Assembly: GCA_049320885.1 (NCBI GenBank)
Contig: JBMORA010000001.1
Location: 402,622-466,621 of the forward strand
Length of the DNA stretch: 64,000 nucleotides
Source: Thermodesulfobacteriota bacterium
GTDB taxonomy: Bacteria; Desulfobacterota; Desulfobacteria; Desulfobacterales; SURF-7
Direction of reading: 5' to 3'
Under the pieces are notes generated by a model, which was not told the origin of the DNA, did not search any database, and saw nothing but the letters and a program-made list of their open reading frames with translations. Positions within the stretch are counted from its first letter, which is position 1, and every line of letters starts with the position of its first letter. Below are positions 45,900 through 55,657 of this stretch, piece by piece. The position numbers and the translations under genes were made by a program.

Positions 45900-48005
45900 T
45901 TACCACTTGTATCGCAACATCACCTGGACGGTCCGGGGCGGCCCCTCGATGACCCGATACTGTCCCGGCTGGGTGTATTCCCGGTCCAACAGATTCCGAA
46001 CCGACAGGGTCAACTCCATGCTCGGAATCACGAAACGGTGGACCGTGGCATTCCAGTCCAACAGCCAGGCCTCCTTGCAGGTGATGACCGCTTCCTCCCG
46101 GGGATGGATCAGGTCCCGGGCAGAGATATACCGCAATATGCCCGTGGTGCTGAACCGCTGGACGGGTCGCCAGGTACCGATCAGATTGAACAATCGGTCA
46201 GGCCCCAGATCGTAGGGATAAACCAGTTCGACATAGTGTTTTTCGACGCTGCCGTCCGGCCGGATGAAATCATAATCGTTGTACAGGTATTTCTCATCCG
46301 GCCCGCTGTTGCTCAGCACCGTGAAATTGAGTTCCACATCCAGGGTGTCATGGGGATGCAGGCGGGTTTCGAATTCAAGCCCGTTGATTGTCTGCGTGTT
46401 GGGACTGCTCAAGCCCGCGTAGGGATCCTCCATCACATGATTGGCGATACGGTTGTTGAAGCCGCAGAGCGACATATCCAAAACCATGGAGGGCTTCCAG
46501 GCGACCTGGGCGCTGAGATTGGTGATTTTCTCCGGCTCGAGTTCGTCTTCTTCCCGCAGCTGGCTCGCATAGGGCGTGCGGAAAGCCGTTCCGTGAAACA
46601 GCTTGACCACCCACTGCCGGTTCGGCGACCAGACCAGCCCCGTATTGTAGCTGACGGCGTCATCGTATTCATCGTGGGCATCGTTCCGAAGCCCGAGCAG
46701 TATATCCACCGGCCCCATTTTGTGGACGTACTGACCGAAAACAGACACCAGGCGTGTATGATAATCCACCTGATCGAGTTCGGGCAGCAGGTTTTCGTTT
46801 TCCGGCCCCAAATAGTCCGGCAGATAGCCGTCCCAGATGAGAGCGTCATCGACCCGCCGGTCCCGGTAGGAAGCCCCGGCGGTCAGCAACCCCCGTCCCG
46901 CCATCAGGGTGTGATCGAAAATCAGTTCCGTGTAGAAACTGTTTTCATTCTGCTCGATGGTGCGATCGATGATATCGTATTCCGGATTCAGCATACTGTA
47001 GCTGGCGGTGAAACGAAGCGCGGAACGAAAGTCGAGACGCTGTTTGCTTTCCAGTTTCAGAAAACCGGAAGGTACTCTTTCCGTTTCGCGCCAGGTATAG
47101 TCCCCTCCCTGTTCCGCCAGGGCATAGGGATGCCGGTAATCGGATATCCGGCCGGAAAGGGAAAAGCGTTCGCCGTGGGAAACCCGGCCGGCAGCCTCCA
47201 CATACTGGGAATCTCCGACGCTTGCCGTACCGTATCGGTTCTCGGGAGGAACCGCCTCTTCCAGATCGCCCCAGAATCGGACGACATTGACATCGCCGTC
47301 CTCCTCCTGCTGCTGATGGTGGGCGCTGACCGAAAAAAATGCATCCCAGTTTCCCGAAAGGAATCCGGCGTTGGCATAGGCGCCCACCGGATGACCGGGC
47401 TCCCCGAAATAGCCGCCCACCTCGCCGCCCTGCACATCCCGGCCGGTGAGGGGGACAATATTGACCACCCCGGCAAAAGCGTCCGGACCCCACAGGACCG
47501 AACCCGGTCCGCTGACGATTTCGATCCGCTTCACCGATTCGAGCGACATCTCCCTGTCCAGAAATTGCAGCGATTTGGATACCTCCGAACCCATCGGCAC
47601 CGTATCGTATAAACAAAGGATGGAATTGGAGACGCCGCGCATATAGGCTTGCGTGCCGCTTTCGCGGCCGGCCATGTGGAATCCAGGCACCAGCGCCAAG
47701 GCTTCACCGAGGGTGGAAACTCCGCGTTCACGGATCTGTTCCCTTGTGACCACGTGGGCCACAGCCGGCACCTGCCAGGCGCTTTCCTCCCGGCGCGTGG
47801 CAATGGACAAAACGTCCAGCGACTCTCCAACAAACATGAGCAACGTATCGCTTTCGGCCGCTCCATCCGGCTTCACTTCGCCTTCAGCCCCGGCTCCCGC
47901 TCCCGGCCGGATCAATACGACCATCAGACAGCAGCACAGGAAAAGATTGCCCACCCGATGAAACAGCCTTGCGATTCCGCGCAGGATAAAATCGTTTTTT
48001 TTCAT
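45900..48005 (-). CDS. TonB-dependent outer membrane receptor
   Basis: Plug motif RIEIVSGPGSVLWGPDAFAGVVNI; TAFRTP, LEPEK, VRNLLD; C-terminal YKW. Confidence 0.92.
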   Translation of the reverse strand: MKKNDFILRGIARLFHRVGNLFLCCCLMVVLIRPGAGAGAEGEVKPDGAAESDTLLMFVGESLDVLSIATRREESAWQVPAVAHVVTREQIRERGVSTLGEALALVPGFHMAGRESGTQAYMRGVSNSILCLYDTVPMGSEVSKSLQFLDREMSLESVKRIEIVSGPGSVLWGPDAFAGVVNIVPLTGRDVQGGEVGGYFGEPGHPVGAYANAGFLSGNWDAFFSVSAHHQQQEEDGDVNVVRFWGDLEEAVPPENRYGTASVGDSQYVEAAGRVSHGERFSLSGRISDYRHPYALAEQGGDYTWRETERVPSGFLKLESKQRLDFRSALRFTASYSMLNPEYDIIDRTIEQNENSFYTELIFDHTLMAGRGLLTAGASYRDRRVDDALIWDGYLPDYLGPENENLLPELDQVDYHTRLVSVFGQYVHKMGPVDILLGLRNDAHDEYDDAVSYNTGLVWSPNRQWVVKLFHGTAFRTPYASQLREEDELEPEKITNLSAQVAWKPSMVLDMSLCGFNNRIANHVMEDPYAGLSSPNTQTINGLEFETRLHPHDTLDVELNFTVLSNSGPDEKYLYNDYDFIRPDGSVEKHYVELVYPYDLGPDRLFNLIGTWRPVQRFSTTGILRYISARDLIHPREEAVITCKEAWLLDWNATVHRFVIPSMELTLSVRNLLDREYTQPGQYRVIEGPPRTVQVMLRYKW

Positions 48006-48072
48006 AACCGATTTGATTCCCATCCAAAACGACCCGCATCCGTCATTCGCGATTGCCGATCCGTCATATCCC

Positions 48073-49416
48073 TCATCCAAGATTTTTCAGGAACACCCGG
48101 AGCTTTGCCCGGGTCAGCCCCAGCAATTTGGCCGCCTGGGTCTGGTTGTTGCCGGTCATCCGCAGGGCCTGATGGACCATTTCCTTGTTGAAATCCTCCA
48201 GACAAATCCCCCCCGGTGGCAGCTGGAAGTTCCGGGAACCCGGGTCGGAAGCACCAGCATTGTTCAAAAAAGAAAGCGTTTCGGCCGTAATGGCTTCCCG
48301 GTCCGATCCGATGATCATGGCCCGCTCCATGGCATTGGCGAGTTCCCGGACATTACCCGGCCACCGGTAGGCCGTCAGCATGCGCCCCGCGCCGTCGGTC
48401 AATTCCATGGCCCGGCCTTCTCCGAGGAGATTGAGAAAATGCTGGCACAGGGGCAGAATATCCTCCGTCCGTTCCCGCAGGGGAGGCAGTTCAATGGGCA
48501 CCACATTGATGCGGTAAAACAAGTCCTGCCGAAAACGGCCGTTCCGGACCGATTCCATCAGGTTTTGATTGGTGGCGCATATGAAACGTGCATCCACGGG
48601 TATTTCCTCGTTTCCTCCCACGCGCCGGACGGTTTTTTCCTGGAGGGTCCGCAGCAGCTTGGCCTGGGCTTCCAGCGGCAGGTCGCCGATCTCGTCCATC
48701 AACAGAGTGCCCTGGGAGGCGAATTCAAATTTCCCCTTGGTTCTTCGTTCCGCCCCCGTGAAAGCGCCTTTTTCATATCCGAACAATTCCGATTCCACCA
48801 AGGAAGCCGGGATGGCCGCGCAGTTGATGGGCACGAAACGACCGTTTCTCCGTCCGCTCTGGCTGTGTATGTATCGGGCCAACAATTCCTTGCCGGTCCC
48901 GGACTCGCCTTGAATCATCACCACCGAGTCGCTGCGGGCCACCTTGGCCGCCAGTTCCATCACGGACTGCATCGCCTTGGAGCGATAGACGATGTCGCCG
49001 GCGCCGGCCACCAGGGAAAGCTCCCGCTTCAGTTCCTTGTTTTCCTGTATCACTCTGGAAAAGTTCAAGGTTCTTTCAATAGTGAGCTGGATGCGGTCCT
49101 CCTCGAACGGTTTGGTGATATAATCGGAGGCCCCCATGCGCATGGATTCCACCGCCGAGTCCACGGTGGCGAACGCAGTGATGAAAACGAAGGGACACGG
49201 CAGGTCTTCCGCCTTGACCTTCTGCAGCAGTTCGACGCCGCTCATGCGGGGCATCTTGATATCGCTGATCACCATGTCATAAGGTGTTTCCTTGATCTTC
49301 GCATATGCCTCCAACCCGTCCGAGGCCTGTTCCGTTGTATGACCGTTTCGCTGCAGCAACAGGGCCAGGAGATGACGCATTTTTTCTTCATCATCGACGA
49401 TCAGTATGTGAGCCAT
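48073..49416 (-). CDS. sigma54-dependent response regulator (NtrC family)
   Basis: REC domain; GESGTGKE, ESELFGYEKGAFTGA, WPGNVREL; Fis-type HTH NQTQAAKLLG. Confidence 0.96.
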   Translation of the reverse strand: MAHILIVDDEEKMRHLLALLLQRNGHTTEQASDGLEAYAKIKETPYDMVISDIKMPRMSGVELLQKVKAEDLPCPFVFITAFATVDSAVESMRMGASDYITKPFEEDRIQLTIERTLNFSRVIQENKELKRELSLVAGAGDIVYRSKAMQSVMELAAKVARSDSVVMIQGESGTGKELLARYIHSQSGRRNGRFVPINCAAIPASLVESELFGYEKGAFTGAERRTKGKFEFASQGTLLMDEIGDLPLEAQAKLLRTLQEKTVRRVGGNEEIPVDARFICATNQNLMESVRNGRFRQDLFYRINVVPIELPPLRERTEDILPLCQHFLNLLGEGRAMELTDGAGRMLTAYRWPGNVRELANAMERAMIIGSDREAITAETLSFLNNAGASDPGSRNFQLPPGGICLEDFNKEMVHQALRMTGNNQTQAAKLLGLTRAKLRVFLKNLG

Positions 49417-49512
49417 TGTCTTCACTCCTTCCAATCGGATATCTTTCCCCCCGCCTTCCCCCCTCTGCGTCGACCGTGGGCCGCAACCGGCTTCTTGCCG
49501 CATGGTGCATGA

Positions 49513-50934
49513 CTATCTTCCCTGCTGCAGGGGAATGTCCACCGTGAAAAGCGCCCCACCCGAATCGGCATCCTCCACCAGGATGAACCCTCCATGGGAT
49601 TTGAAAACCTGGGAGGCGAACGCCAGCCCCAGGCCCGTGCCTTTGGCTCGTGTTGTGAAGAACGGTTCAAAGATTTTTCCCTTGTCATCCGGACGAATGC
49701 CACCGCCGTTGTCCTCGATCTGCACCCGCCAGCGGTCGAAATCGACTTCCGCCTTGATCCGCACATATCCGTTCTCCCCCGCCGCCTGGCAGGCATTTTC
49801 GATGATGTTGCCGAAAGCCCGGACCATCAAATCACGGTCCGCATGACGGATCGCCGGCCGTTCCGGCAGATCGAGATTCAACTGCAGGGCGGACTGATGG
49901 TGCAGCATTTCAAAACGCCGGAATACATCATCCAGCATCTGATTGAGATCAACGGTCCGGAAAACCGGTTTCGTCGGTCTGGCGAACTGCAGAAAGGCCT
50001 CGATCATGCTGTTAAGGCGGCGGATTTCATCCTCGATATAACCCACCAGGGTCTGCTCGCTGCTCAGGTTGTAATCGCGCTTGATCATATCCAGGGAAGT
50101 TTTGATAATGGCCAGCGGATTTTTCACCTCATGGGCGATCATCAGGGAAAATTTTCCCATTTCCGCCAGGGATTTCTGCTTCATCATTTCCCGGTTCACC
50201 CGGGCAAGATCCTCCTGGCTTTCCTTCAAGGAATCCAGCATGGCGTTAAACGATTTCGCCAGCGCCCTGGTTTCCGGCAATTTACCGGGCCGGGCTCTCA
50301 ATTCGAAGTCCCCCCGGCCGATGTGCATGGCGGTGGCGGTCAGTTGTTTCAATTCGGAACCGATGGGCCGGGACACGAAATAAAACACCAGGCCGGCAAT
50401 CAGTGCCAGACCCAGGGACATCCAGATGAATCTGCGCGCGATATCGGCCATCAGCAGATCGATTCCATGGGTGCTGAAGTGGATGCGCACCTTGCCGATA
50501 TGGTCCACGATCGCGGTCCGCACGGGTTCGAAAGGGGTACGCGCCACGACTTTCCCGCCGGAAAATACGATATTCTCGTCGCTCGCCCGCTTGAAAACCA
50601 CCGGCGTCTCCACCAGCGACAGGGGGCCTTCGGCGGATCGGGACAAATCCACCAGCGTATTGTTGTGATTATCCAGAATCAGCACCCGCGCCACATCCTT
50701 TTCCCCCAGCAGGTTATGAGCCAGATTTTTCAGTCCCTCCTTGTCATTGATCAGGACCCCCACTTCCGAATTCAGGGCCAGGTACCGGGCCAGAAACGCT
50801 ATCCGGTCCTCGAAGCGCTCATGCATGAAACGGCTGGTGATCCGCACCCCCACGATGCCGAAAATGGCCGTGGAAGCGCCGATCAGCACAAAAGCCGCCA
50901 GCAGAAAGCGCGTATGGATACCGGGACTTTTCAC
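49513..50934 (-). CDS. HAMP-domain sensor histidine kinase
   Basis: Two TM helices, HAMP, AHEVKNPL, NIIENA, DNGGGI, FEPFFTTRAKGTGLGL. Confidence 0.95.
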   Translation of the reverse strand: MKSPGIHTRFLLAAFVLIGASTAIFGIVGVRITSRFMHERFEDRIAFLARYLALNSEVGVLINDKEGLKNLAHNLLGEKDVARVLILDNHNNTLVDLSRSAEGPLSLVETPVVFKRASDENIVFSGGKVVARTPFEPVRTAIVDHIGKVRIHFSTHGIDLLMADIARRFIWMSLGLALIAGLVFYFVSRPIGSELKQLTATAMHIGRGDFELRARPGKLPETRALAKSFNAMLDSLKESQEDLARVNREMMKQKSLAEMGKFSLMIAHEVKNPLAIIKTSLDMIKRDYNLSSEQTLVGYIEDEIRRLNSMIEAFLQFARPTKPVFRTVDLNQMLDDVFRRFEMLHHQSALQLNLDLPERPAIRHADRDLMVRAFGNIIENACQAAGENGYVRIKAEVDFDRWRVQIEDNGGGIRPDDKGKIFEPFFTTRAKGTGLGLAFASQVFKSHGGFILVEDADSGGALFTVDIPLQQGR

Positions 50935-51926
50935 GGCTTCTCCTCTTCCTTCTCGCCGCCGGCCTGCCCTTCAAAGGGAATGTGCAACGCCTCCAGCACC
51001 TGATGGTTCAGCAACACCTTGAAGGCGGGAACGGCCAGATGGCAAGGGCGCCCTTCCAGCCGGTCCAGCCCCATGGCTGCCGCCTGTTTCCCGATGGCCT
51101 GGTAATCGCACACCAGGCCCAGCGCCGCGCCGCTGTCGGTAAAAAACCGATTGTATCCCAGCACCGCCACGTTGCTGGCAATGGCTTCCTTGATCAGGAA
51201 CAGGATAATGCTCTCGGAAATCACCGTGTGGTCCGGAATCACCCACAAGGCGTTGATGTCCTTGCGGTGTTTTTTAAAAACCGCCAGGATGTCGCTGCGG
51301 GATTTCACCGTGAGGGGGACGATGTCGATACCGTGATCCCGGGCCGCCGCCGCCGCGCCGGCCGCGAAATCACTGTTGTTGGCGGGGTCATAGATCAGGC
51401 CGATCCGCCTGGTCTTGGGCAATTTCCGGCCGATCTCCCTGACCTGGATTTGGGCCGGGATGTCCAACGGGATTCCGCACCACCCCTTGGCTTCCGGCAC
51501 GATCTTTTCCGGATGCAGCACCATGGCGAAAACCTTGGGAACCGTTTCATCCGGAAAGGTTTTCCAGATCAACTCCATGGCCTCCGGACCGACGGCGATC
51601 AGCAGATGGAAACGCTCCTTTTTCAGCCGGCGGATCAAAACCGTGTGATCCGGGTCCGTCTCCGGTTCCAGAAACGACACGTCCAACGACATATGGTCTT
51701 TCTGTTCGAAAGAAGATTGGATTCCCTGGAGTGCATCCAGATACGGCCTGATTTTCTGGGAAACCACCACCGCCGCGCTGGAAGGCGGCGGATTTTCCGC
51801 AGGCAAGACCCGGCCGGCCGCCATTAGCGTCACCATCAGACTCGCCATCAGGACCGGCAACAGACCGACGCCCGTCCTTCGCGGTGCTGCAAAAACCGCT
51901 TTCTCCTTTTGGCCGCCTGGTCTCAT
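50931..51926 (-). CDS. Periplasmic ABC-type substrate-binding protein (no transporter adjacent)
   Basis: LIAVGPEA, RIGLIYDP, ALWVIPD, GA...DYQAIGKQAA; overlaps the histidine kinase start by 4 nt. Confidence 0.85.
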   Translation of the reverse strand: MRPGGQKEKAVFAAPRRTGVGLLPVLMASLMVTLMAAGRVLPAENPPPSSAAVVVSQKIRPYLDALQGIQSSFEQKDHMSLDVSFLEPETDPDHTVLIRRLKKERFHLLIAVGPEAMELIWKTFPDETVPKVFAMVLHPEKIVPEAKGWCGIPLDIPAQIQVREIGRKLPKTRRIGLIYDPANNSDFAAGAAAAARDHGIDIVPLTVKSRSDILAVFKKHRKDINALWVIPDHTVISESIILFLIKEAIASNVAVLGYNRFFTDSGAALGLVCDYQAIGKQAAAMGLDRLEGRPCHLAVPAFKVLLNHQVLEALHIPFEGQAGGEKEEEKP

Positions 51927-51937
51927 CGATTGCTGGA

Positions 51938-54292
51938 TTATCGTCCGGTTTCGATCCTGTTTCTGAAATCCCTGGTTACATCATCCACCGCGCTCAAATC
52001 GGCGATGACCCGCGGAGTGATCAGCACGATCATTTCGTTGCGACTGGTTTTATTCGTGTTTTTCCCGAACAGATAGCCGAGCACGGGGATGTCTTTCAAA
52101 TACGGCACCCCGGAATCCCCTTCCGATGTGTCATTTTTGATCAGGCCGCCGATGACGATGGTCTGGTTATGCCCCACGGTCAGATTCGTGGAAACGCTGC
52201 GCTGGAAAAAGGAAGGGTATGCGACGCCGCCCACCAGTACATCGCCGGCCACGTCGCTGACCTCCTGGTTGACGGTCAGGCTCACCAGACCGTTGTCGTT
52301 GATATGGGGCGTGACCGACAGGATGATGCCGGTGTTGCGATACTGGATATTGGTCTGGACCATGGACTCATTGCTCAGGTTGGTGGTGTTGTACACGGCG
52401 CTGGCCACCGGAACTTCCGTGGAGATATTGATTTTCGCCTCCTTGTCGTTGGAAGCCAGGACGGTGGGCGAGGAGAGCACATTGACCCTGTTTTCCTTGG
52501 CAAGGGCCGACAGGGTCGCCGACCAGCGCGCGGTCTGCCCCATCACGTAGGTGAGGCCGTCCACTCCCATGCTGGCGCTCAAGACTTCGGTGCTCGGACC
52601 GCCTTTGCCGCTGACATACCGCCACTCGACACCAAATTCCTCCGAATCGGACAGCGTGATATCGGCGATCATGACTTCGATCAACACCTGGCGCGGCAGG
52701 ACATCCAGGGATTCCAGCATGCGTTGAATAATCTGATAATCCGAAGGGATCGCTTCGATAATCAAAGCGTTGCGGGAGAGATCCGGTGTTATTTTGATCG
52801 GTGCCCGGAGGGTGCCGGAGCCGATTTCGCCGAATTCCCGCGGGGTCTGGGGTTTGGAGCCGCCGGCCGCCGGCTTGGCGATGGCAAAGGGATTGGGGGA
52901 GGTTTTGACGGTTTCCGCTTCCTGAGCGCCGCCGGCTTTCTTGGCGCCGGCCTTTTCCTGCCCGGTTTTGGTCTCGGAAGCGGTCTTGAATATTCCGTCC
53001 AGCAGGCCGGCCAATTCCCCGGCCTGGCCGTTCTTGACCTTGTAGACATACAATTGGGGGGCGACGGTCTCATTGGGGCCGTCCAGGGTCTTGAGGAGCT
53101 GGGCCACCTTTTCGATGACCCGGGGCTGCCGGCTCATCACCAGCAGCATGCCCAGCCGGTCGATGGGAATCAACCGGACATCCGTCTCGGAAGCACTGTA
53201 ATAGACCGGCAGGGCGTCCTGCAGCACCTTGATGATGTCCTCCATCGTGTTGTATTCGATCCGGAAAAACCGGTGGCCGACCCCGGCGAACATGTCCAGA
53301 TCGAAACTTTCCACCAGCTTCAAGGCCTTGGCGACATTGACCCCCTTGTCCACCAGCAGGATGGAATTGGAATTATCCGGGGCCACCATGGTTCCCTCGG
53401 AGGAGATGAACGGCGTCAGGATTTTCATCATTTCCGCGGAATGGATATTCTTCAGGGGAATGATCTGCATGAGCACCCGCTCCCCGGGAGGCAACGCCTG
53501 GCTTTCCGCCTCCTGCCGGGTCAGCATCGGCATCCGGGCCGCTTCCTTGAGGCTCGTGATGTTATATACCGCCCCTTCCTTGACGGCCGTCAATCCGTTG
53601 GTCTCGAGGATTTGAAAAAAAACCGGGAACAAATCCCGGGGGCTGATGGTGCCGGCGGTATGCAGGGTCACCCGCCCGCGCACAGCGGGGTCCACGATAT
53701 ACGAGATTTTCAGGATATCCGCCATGGTCCGGATGACTTCATACAGATCGGCGTCATCAAAATTGAGCGTCACTTTTTCCTTTTCGGATTTCGCGGCCTC
53801 GGGGGCGGCTTCCTTGCCCCTTGCCTCCGGGGATGTCATACCGGCCCCCGGCTGTTCCTGTTTCGTAGCCGGTGCTGTCCGCCGGATGTCCGCGGGCTCT
53901 TCGCTCTCTATTGCCGGTGCTTCGGGGGCCGGCTCCGCTTTCACCGGAGCGGGCGCCGGACGCCGGTCCGCACTTGTTTCCTTCCGGGCGGCAGCCGGTT
54001 TTGGGGTGGCGGCGGGCTCCTTTTCCGATTTTCCGGAAGGCGGGCCGGCTTCCGCGGGCTGCTTCATCATGCCGAAGGGCGTGCTGACGATCCGGTATGT
54101 TTTTCCGTTTTCCGTCACCAGTTTGGGAAAATCCTTCTGCAGCATCTCTCCGCCGGCCGGCCCGGAGGCGACCCCGGCGCTGCCGGATTCCGCCCGGCCA
54201 TCCCCCGGACCCAGAAAGCACATACACACAAAGGCCGCAATACCCGGCACCATCCTACAGCATCTGCCGATTGATCTTGTAATTCGCATCAT
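51938..54292 (-). CDS. gspD: Type II secretion secretin
   Basis: TLNFDDADL (N0 domain), LDVLPRQVLIEV, NVLSSP, TGIILSVTPHIN, VPYLKDIPVLGYLF. Confidence 0.95.
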   Translation of the reverse strand: MMRITRSIGRCCRMVPGIAAFVCMCFLGPGDGRAESGSAGVASGPAGGEMLQKDFPKLVTENGKTYRIVSTPFGMMKQPAEAGPPSGKSEKEPAATPKPAAARKETSADRRPAPAPVKAEPAPEAPAIESEEPADIRRTAPATKQEQPGAGMTSPEARGKEAAPEAAKSEKEKVTLNFDDADLYEVIRTMADILKISYIVDPAVRGRVTLHTAGTISPRDLFPVFFQILETNGLTAVKEGAVYNITSLKEAARMPMLTRQEAESQALPPGERVLMQIIPLKNIHSAEMMKILTPFISSEGTMVAPDNSNSILLVDKGVNVAKALKLVESFDLDMFAGVGHRFFRIEYNTMEDIIKVLQDALPVYYSASETDVRLIPIDRLGMLLVMSRQPRVIEKVAQLLKTLDGPNETVAPQLYVYKVKNGQAGELAGLLDGIFKTASETKTGQEKAGAKKAGGAQEAETVKTSPNPFAIAKPAAGGSKPQTPREFGEIGSGTLRAPIKITPDLSRNALIIEAIPSDYQIIQRMLESLDVLPRQVLIEVMIADITLSDSEEFGVEWRYVSGKGGPSTEVLSASMGVDGLTYVMGQTARWSATLSALAKENRVNVLSSPTVLASNDKEAKINISTEVPVASAVYNTTNLSNESMVQTNIQYRNTGIILSVTPHINDNGLVSLTVNQEVSDVAGDVLVGGVAYPSFFQRSVSTNLTVGHNQTIVIGGLIKNDTSEGDSGVPYLKDIPVLGYLFGKNTNKTSRNEMIVLITPRVIADLSAVDDVTRDFRNRIETGR

Positions 54293-54295
54293 AAG

Positions 54296-55018
54296 CTACT
54301 GTTTCTTCCGTTTCATCATACCGAACGGCGTACTGATCGTTTCATACTGCTCGTCCGTTCCCGAATCCTTTTTGCGCCGGCTGGCGATGCCGGCATCCTT
54401 CTTCGGTTCCGGCTTGGGTTTCTTTTCCGGCGGTGTCGCCACGACAACGGGTTTTGCCGGTTGACGGGCGGCCGCCGGTTGCCGGATCTTGCTCTGTTCG
54501 TACAGTCCCACGCGAAACTTCTTTCGGCCTTCGTCCGTGAAGACGACTCCATCCGCGAAGATCTGCTCAACCCGCAACTGTCCCACCCGATCCCCCCGCC
54601 TGACCCACAGGGAATGATCGGCGGCGGATTTCGCCTCGGGATTGTTGATCAGGGCCGCTTCGTAACCATCCAGAATCACGACGCCGAAAAGCAGGATGTC
54701 CCGTCCCTCGATCCGGGGCTTGTCTTCTTCCGGCAGGGCTTCGATCCCGGGTTCCGGGGCCTGGTATTCCTCCCGCTCCGGTGAAAACAGGTTTTTCCCC
54801 ACCACATCCTGAAAGGCGCTCTGGGGCTGCGGGCGTTCCCCGGGAAAGCCGCCGGCGGGAACGGACGGCGTCTCCCTTTCCAGGGCGCGGTTTTCCGAAG
54901 GCCGCTCCGGCTGGCGGATGGGCAAGGGATCGTGCCGCCATACCTGAACGGTCTTGTGGATAAAAAAAACACTCAGAACGGCCAGGCCGATATTGATGTA
55001 GGTGATCTTGGAAATCAT
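54296..55018 (-). CDS. gspC: Type II secretion GspC-like protein (TM + HR domain, no PDZ)
   Basis: N-terminal TM helix, KNLFSPER, LFGVV...ALI...VRRGD.V...V.QI; located before gspD. Confidence 0.65.
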   Translation of the reverse strand: MISKITYINIGLAVLSVFFIHKTVQVWRHDPLPIRQPERPSENRALERETPSVPAGGFPGERPQPQSAFQDVVGKNLFSPEREEYQAPEPGIEALPEEDKPRIEGRDILLFGVVILDGYEAALINNPEAKSAADHSLWVRRGDRVGQLRVEQIFADGVVFTDEGRKKFRVGLYEQSKIRQPAAARQPAKPVVVATPPEKKPKPEPKKDAGIASRRKKDSGTDEQYETISTPFGMMKRKKQ

Positions 55019-55039
55019 GCGCGATTTTTCATGCCCCGG

Positions 55040-55630
55040 TCACCGAATTTCCTGATTCTTCATTTTCTTTTCCGGTCTTTTCATATAACCCGAAACGGTC
55101 ATGCTGGCCGTCAGCACATCCGGTCCGGCCGCTTCCATGCGAAGCAGGCGCATATCGACAATCGCCAGCAATTTCGGAGCGGATTCAATTCTATACAAAA
55201 AAGTTCGCAATTGCGCGACATTCATCCGGGTCGTGATCTGGACAGGAATTTCAAGATAGTCCTTTTCCGGCTCTTCCCTGGTTTTCAGAACCAGTTGGGA
55301 TAGAATTTCCAAGCCGTTTGCCTGGGCGATCTCATTGATCACATTCTGAATGCTCACCGCGGCCAGAGCCGGTGTGGCCCCATCCAGCAGCGCCTGTTCG
55401 GCCTGCTCCAGACGCCGGGTCAGGATCATGTTGCGCTCCTGAATCCGGCGGCGTTCCGCCACTTTCTGCCGGTAGCGCTCCACGGTTTTCATTTTCACAT
55501 CCAGCTCCCCGCCATCGGGCAGGAGGCCGGCGACATCCGGATAGAAGCGATACACCAGGCCCAGCAGGAGCAGGAGGCCGCCCACCGCCAAAATGATTTT
55601 CCTTTCCTTGGTTATCTCGAACCCAGCCAT
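55040..55630 (-). CDS. gspM: Type II secretion GspM-like protein
   Basis: TKERK-TM, coiled coil, LRTFLYRIES...L.I..M; located after gspL. Confidence 0.8.
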   Translation of the reverse strand: MAGFEITKERKIILAVGGLLLLLGLVYRFYPDVAGLLPDGGELDVKMKTVERYRQKVAERRRIQERNMILTRRLEQAEQALLDGATPALAAVSIQNVINEIAQANGLEILSQLVLKTREEPEKDYLEIPVQITTRMNVAQLRTFLYRIESAPKLLAIVDMRLLRMEAAGPDVLTASMTVSGYMKRPEKKMKNQEIR

Positions 55631-55657
55631 GGCCGCCACTATCTCCGAATTCAATTT

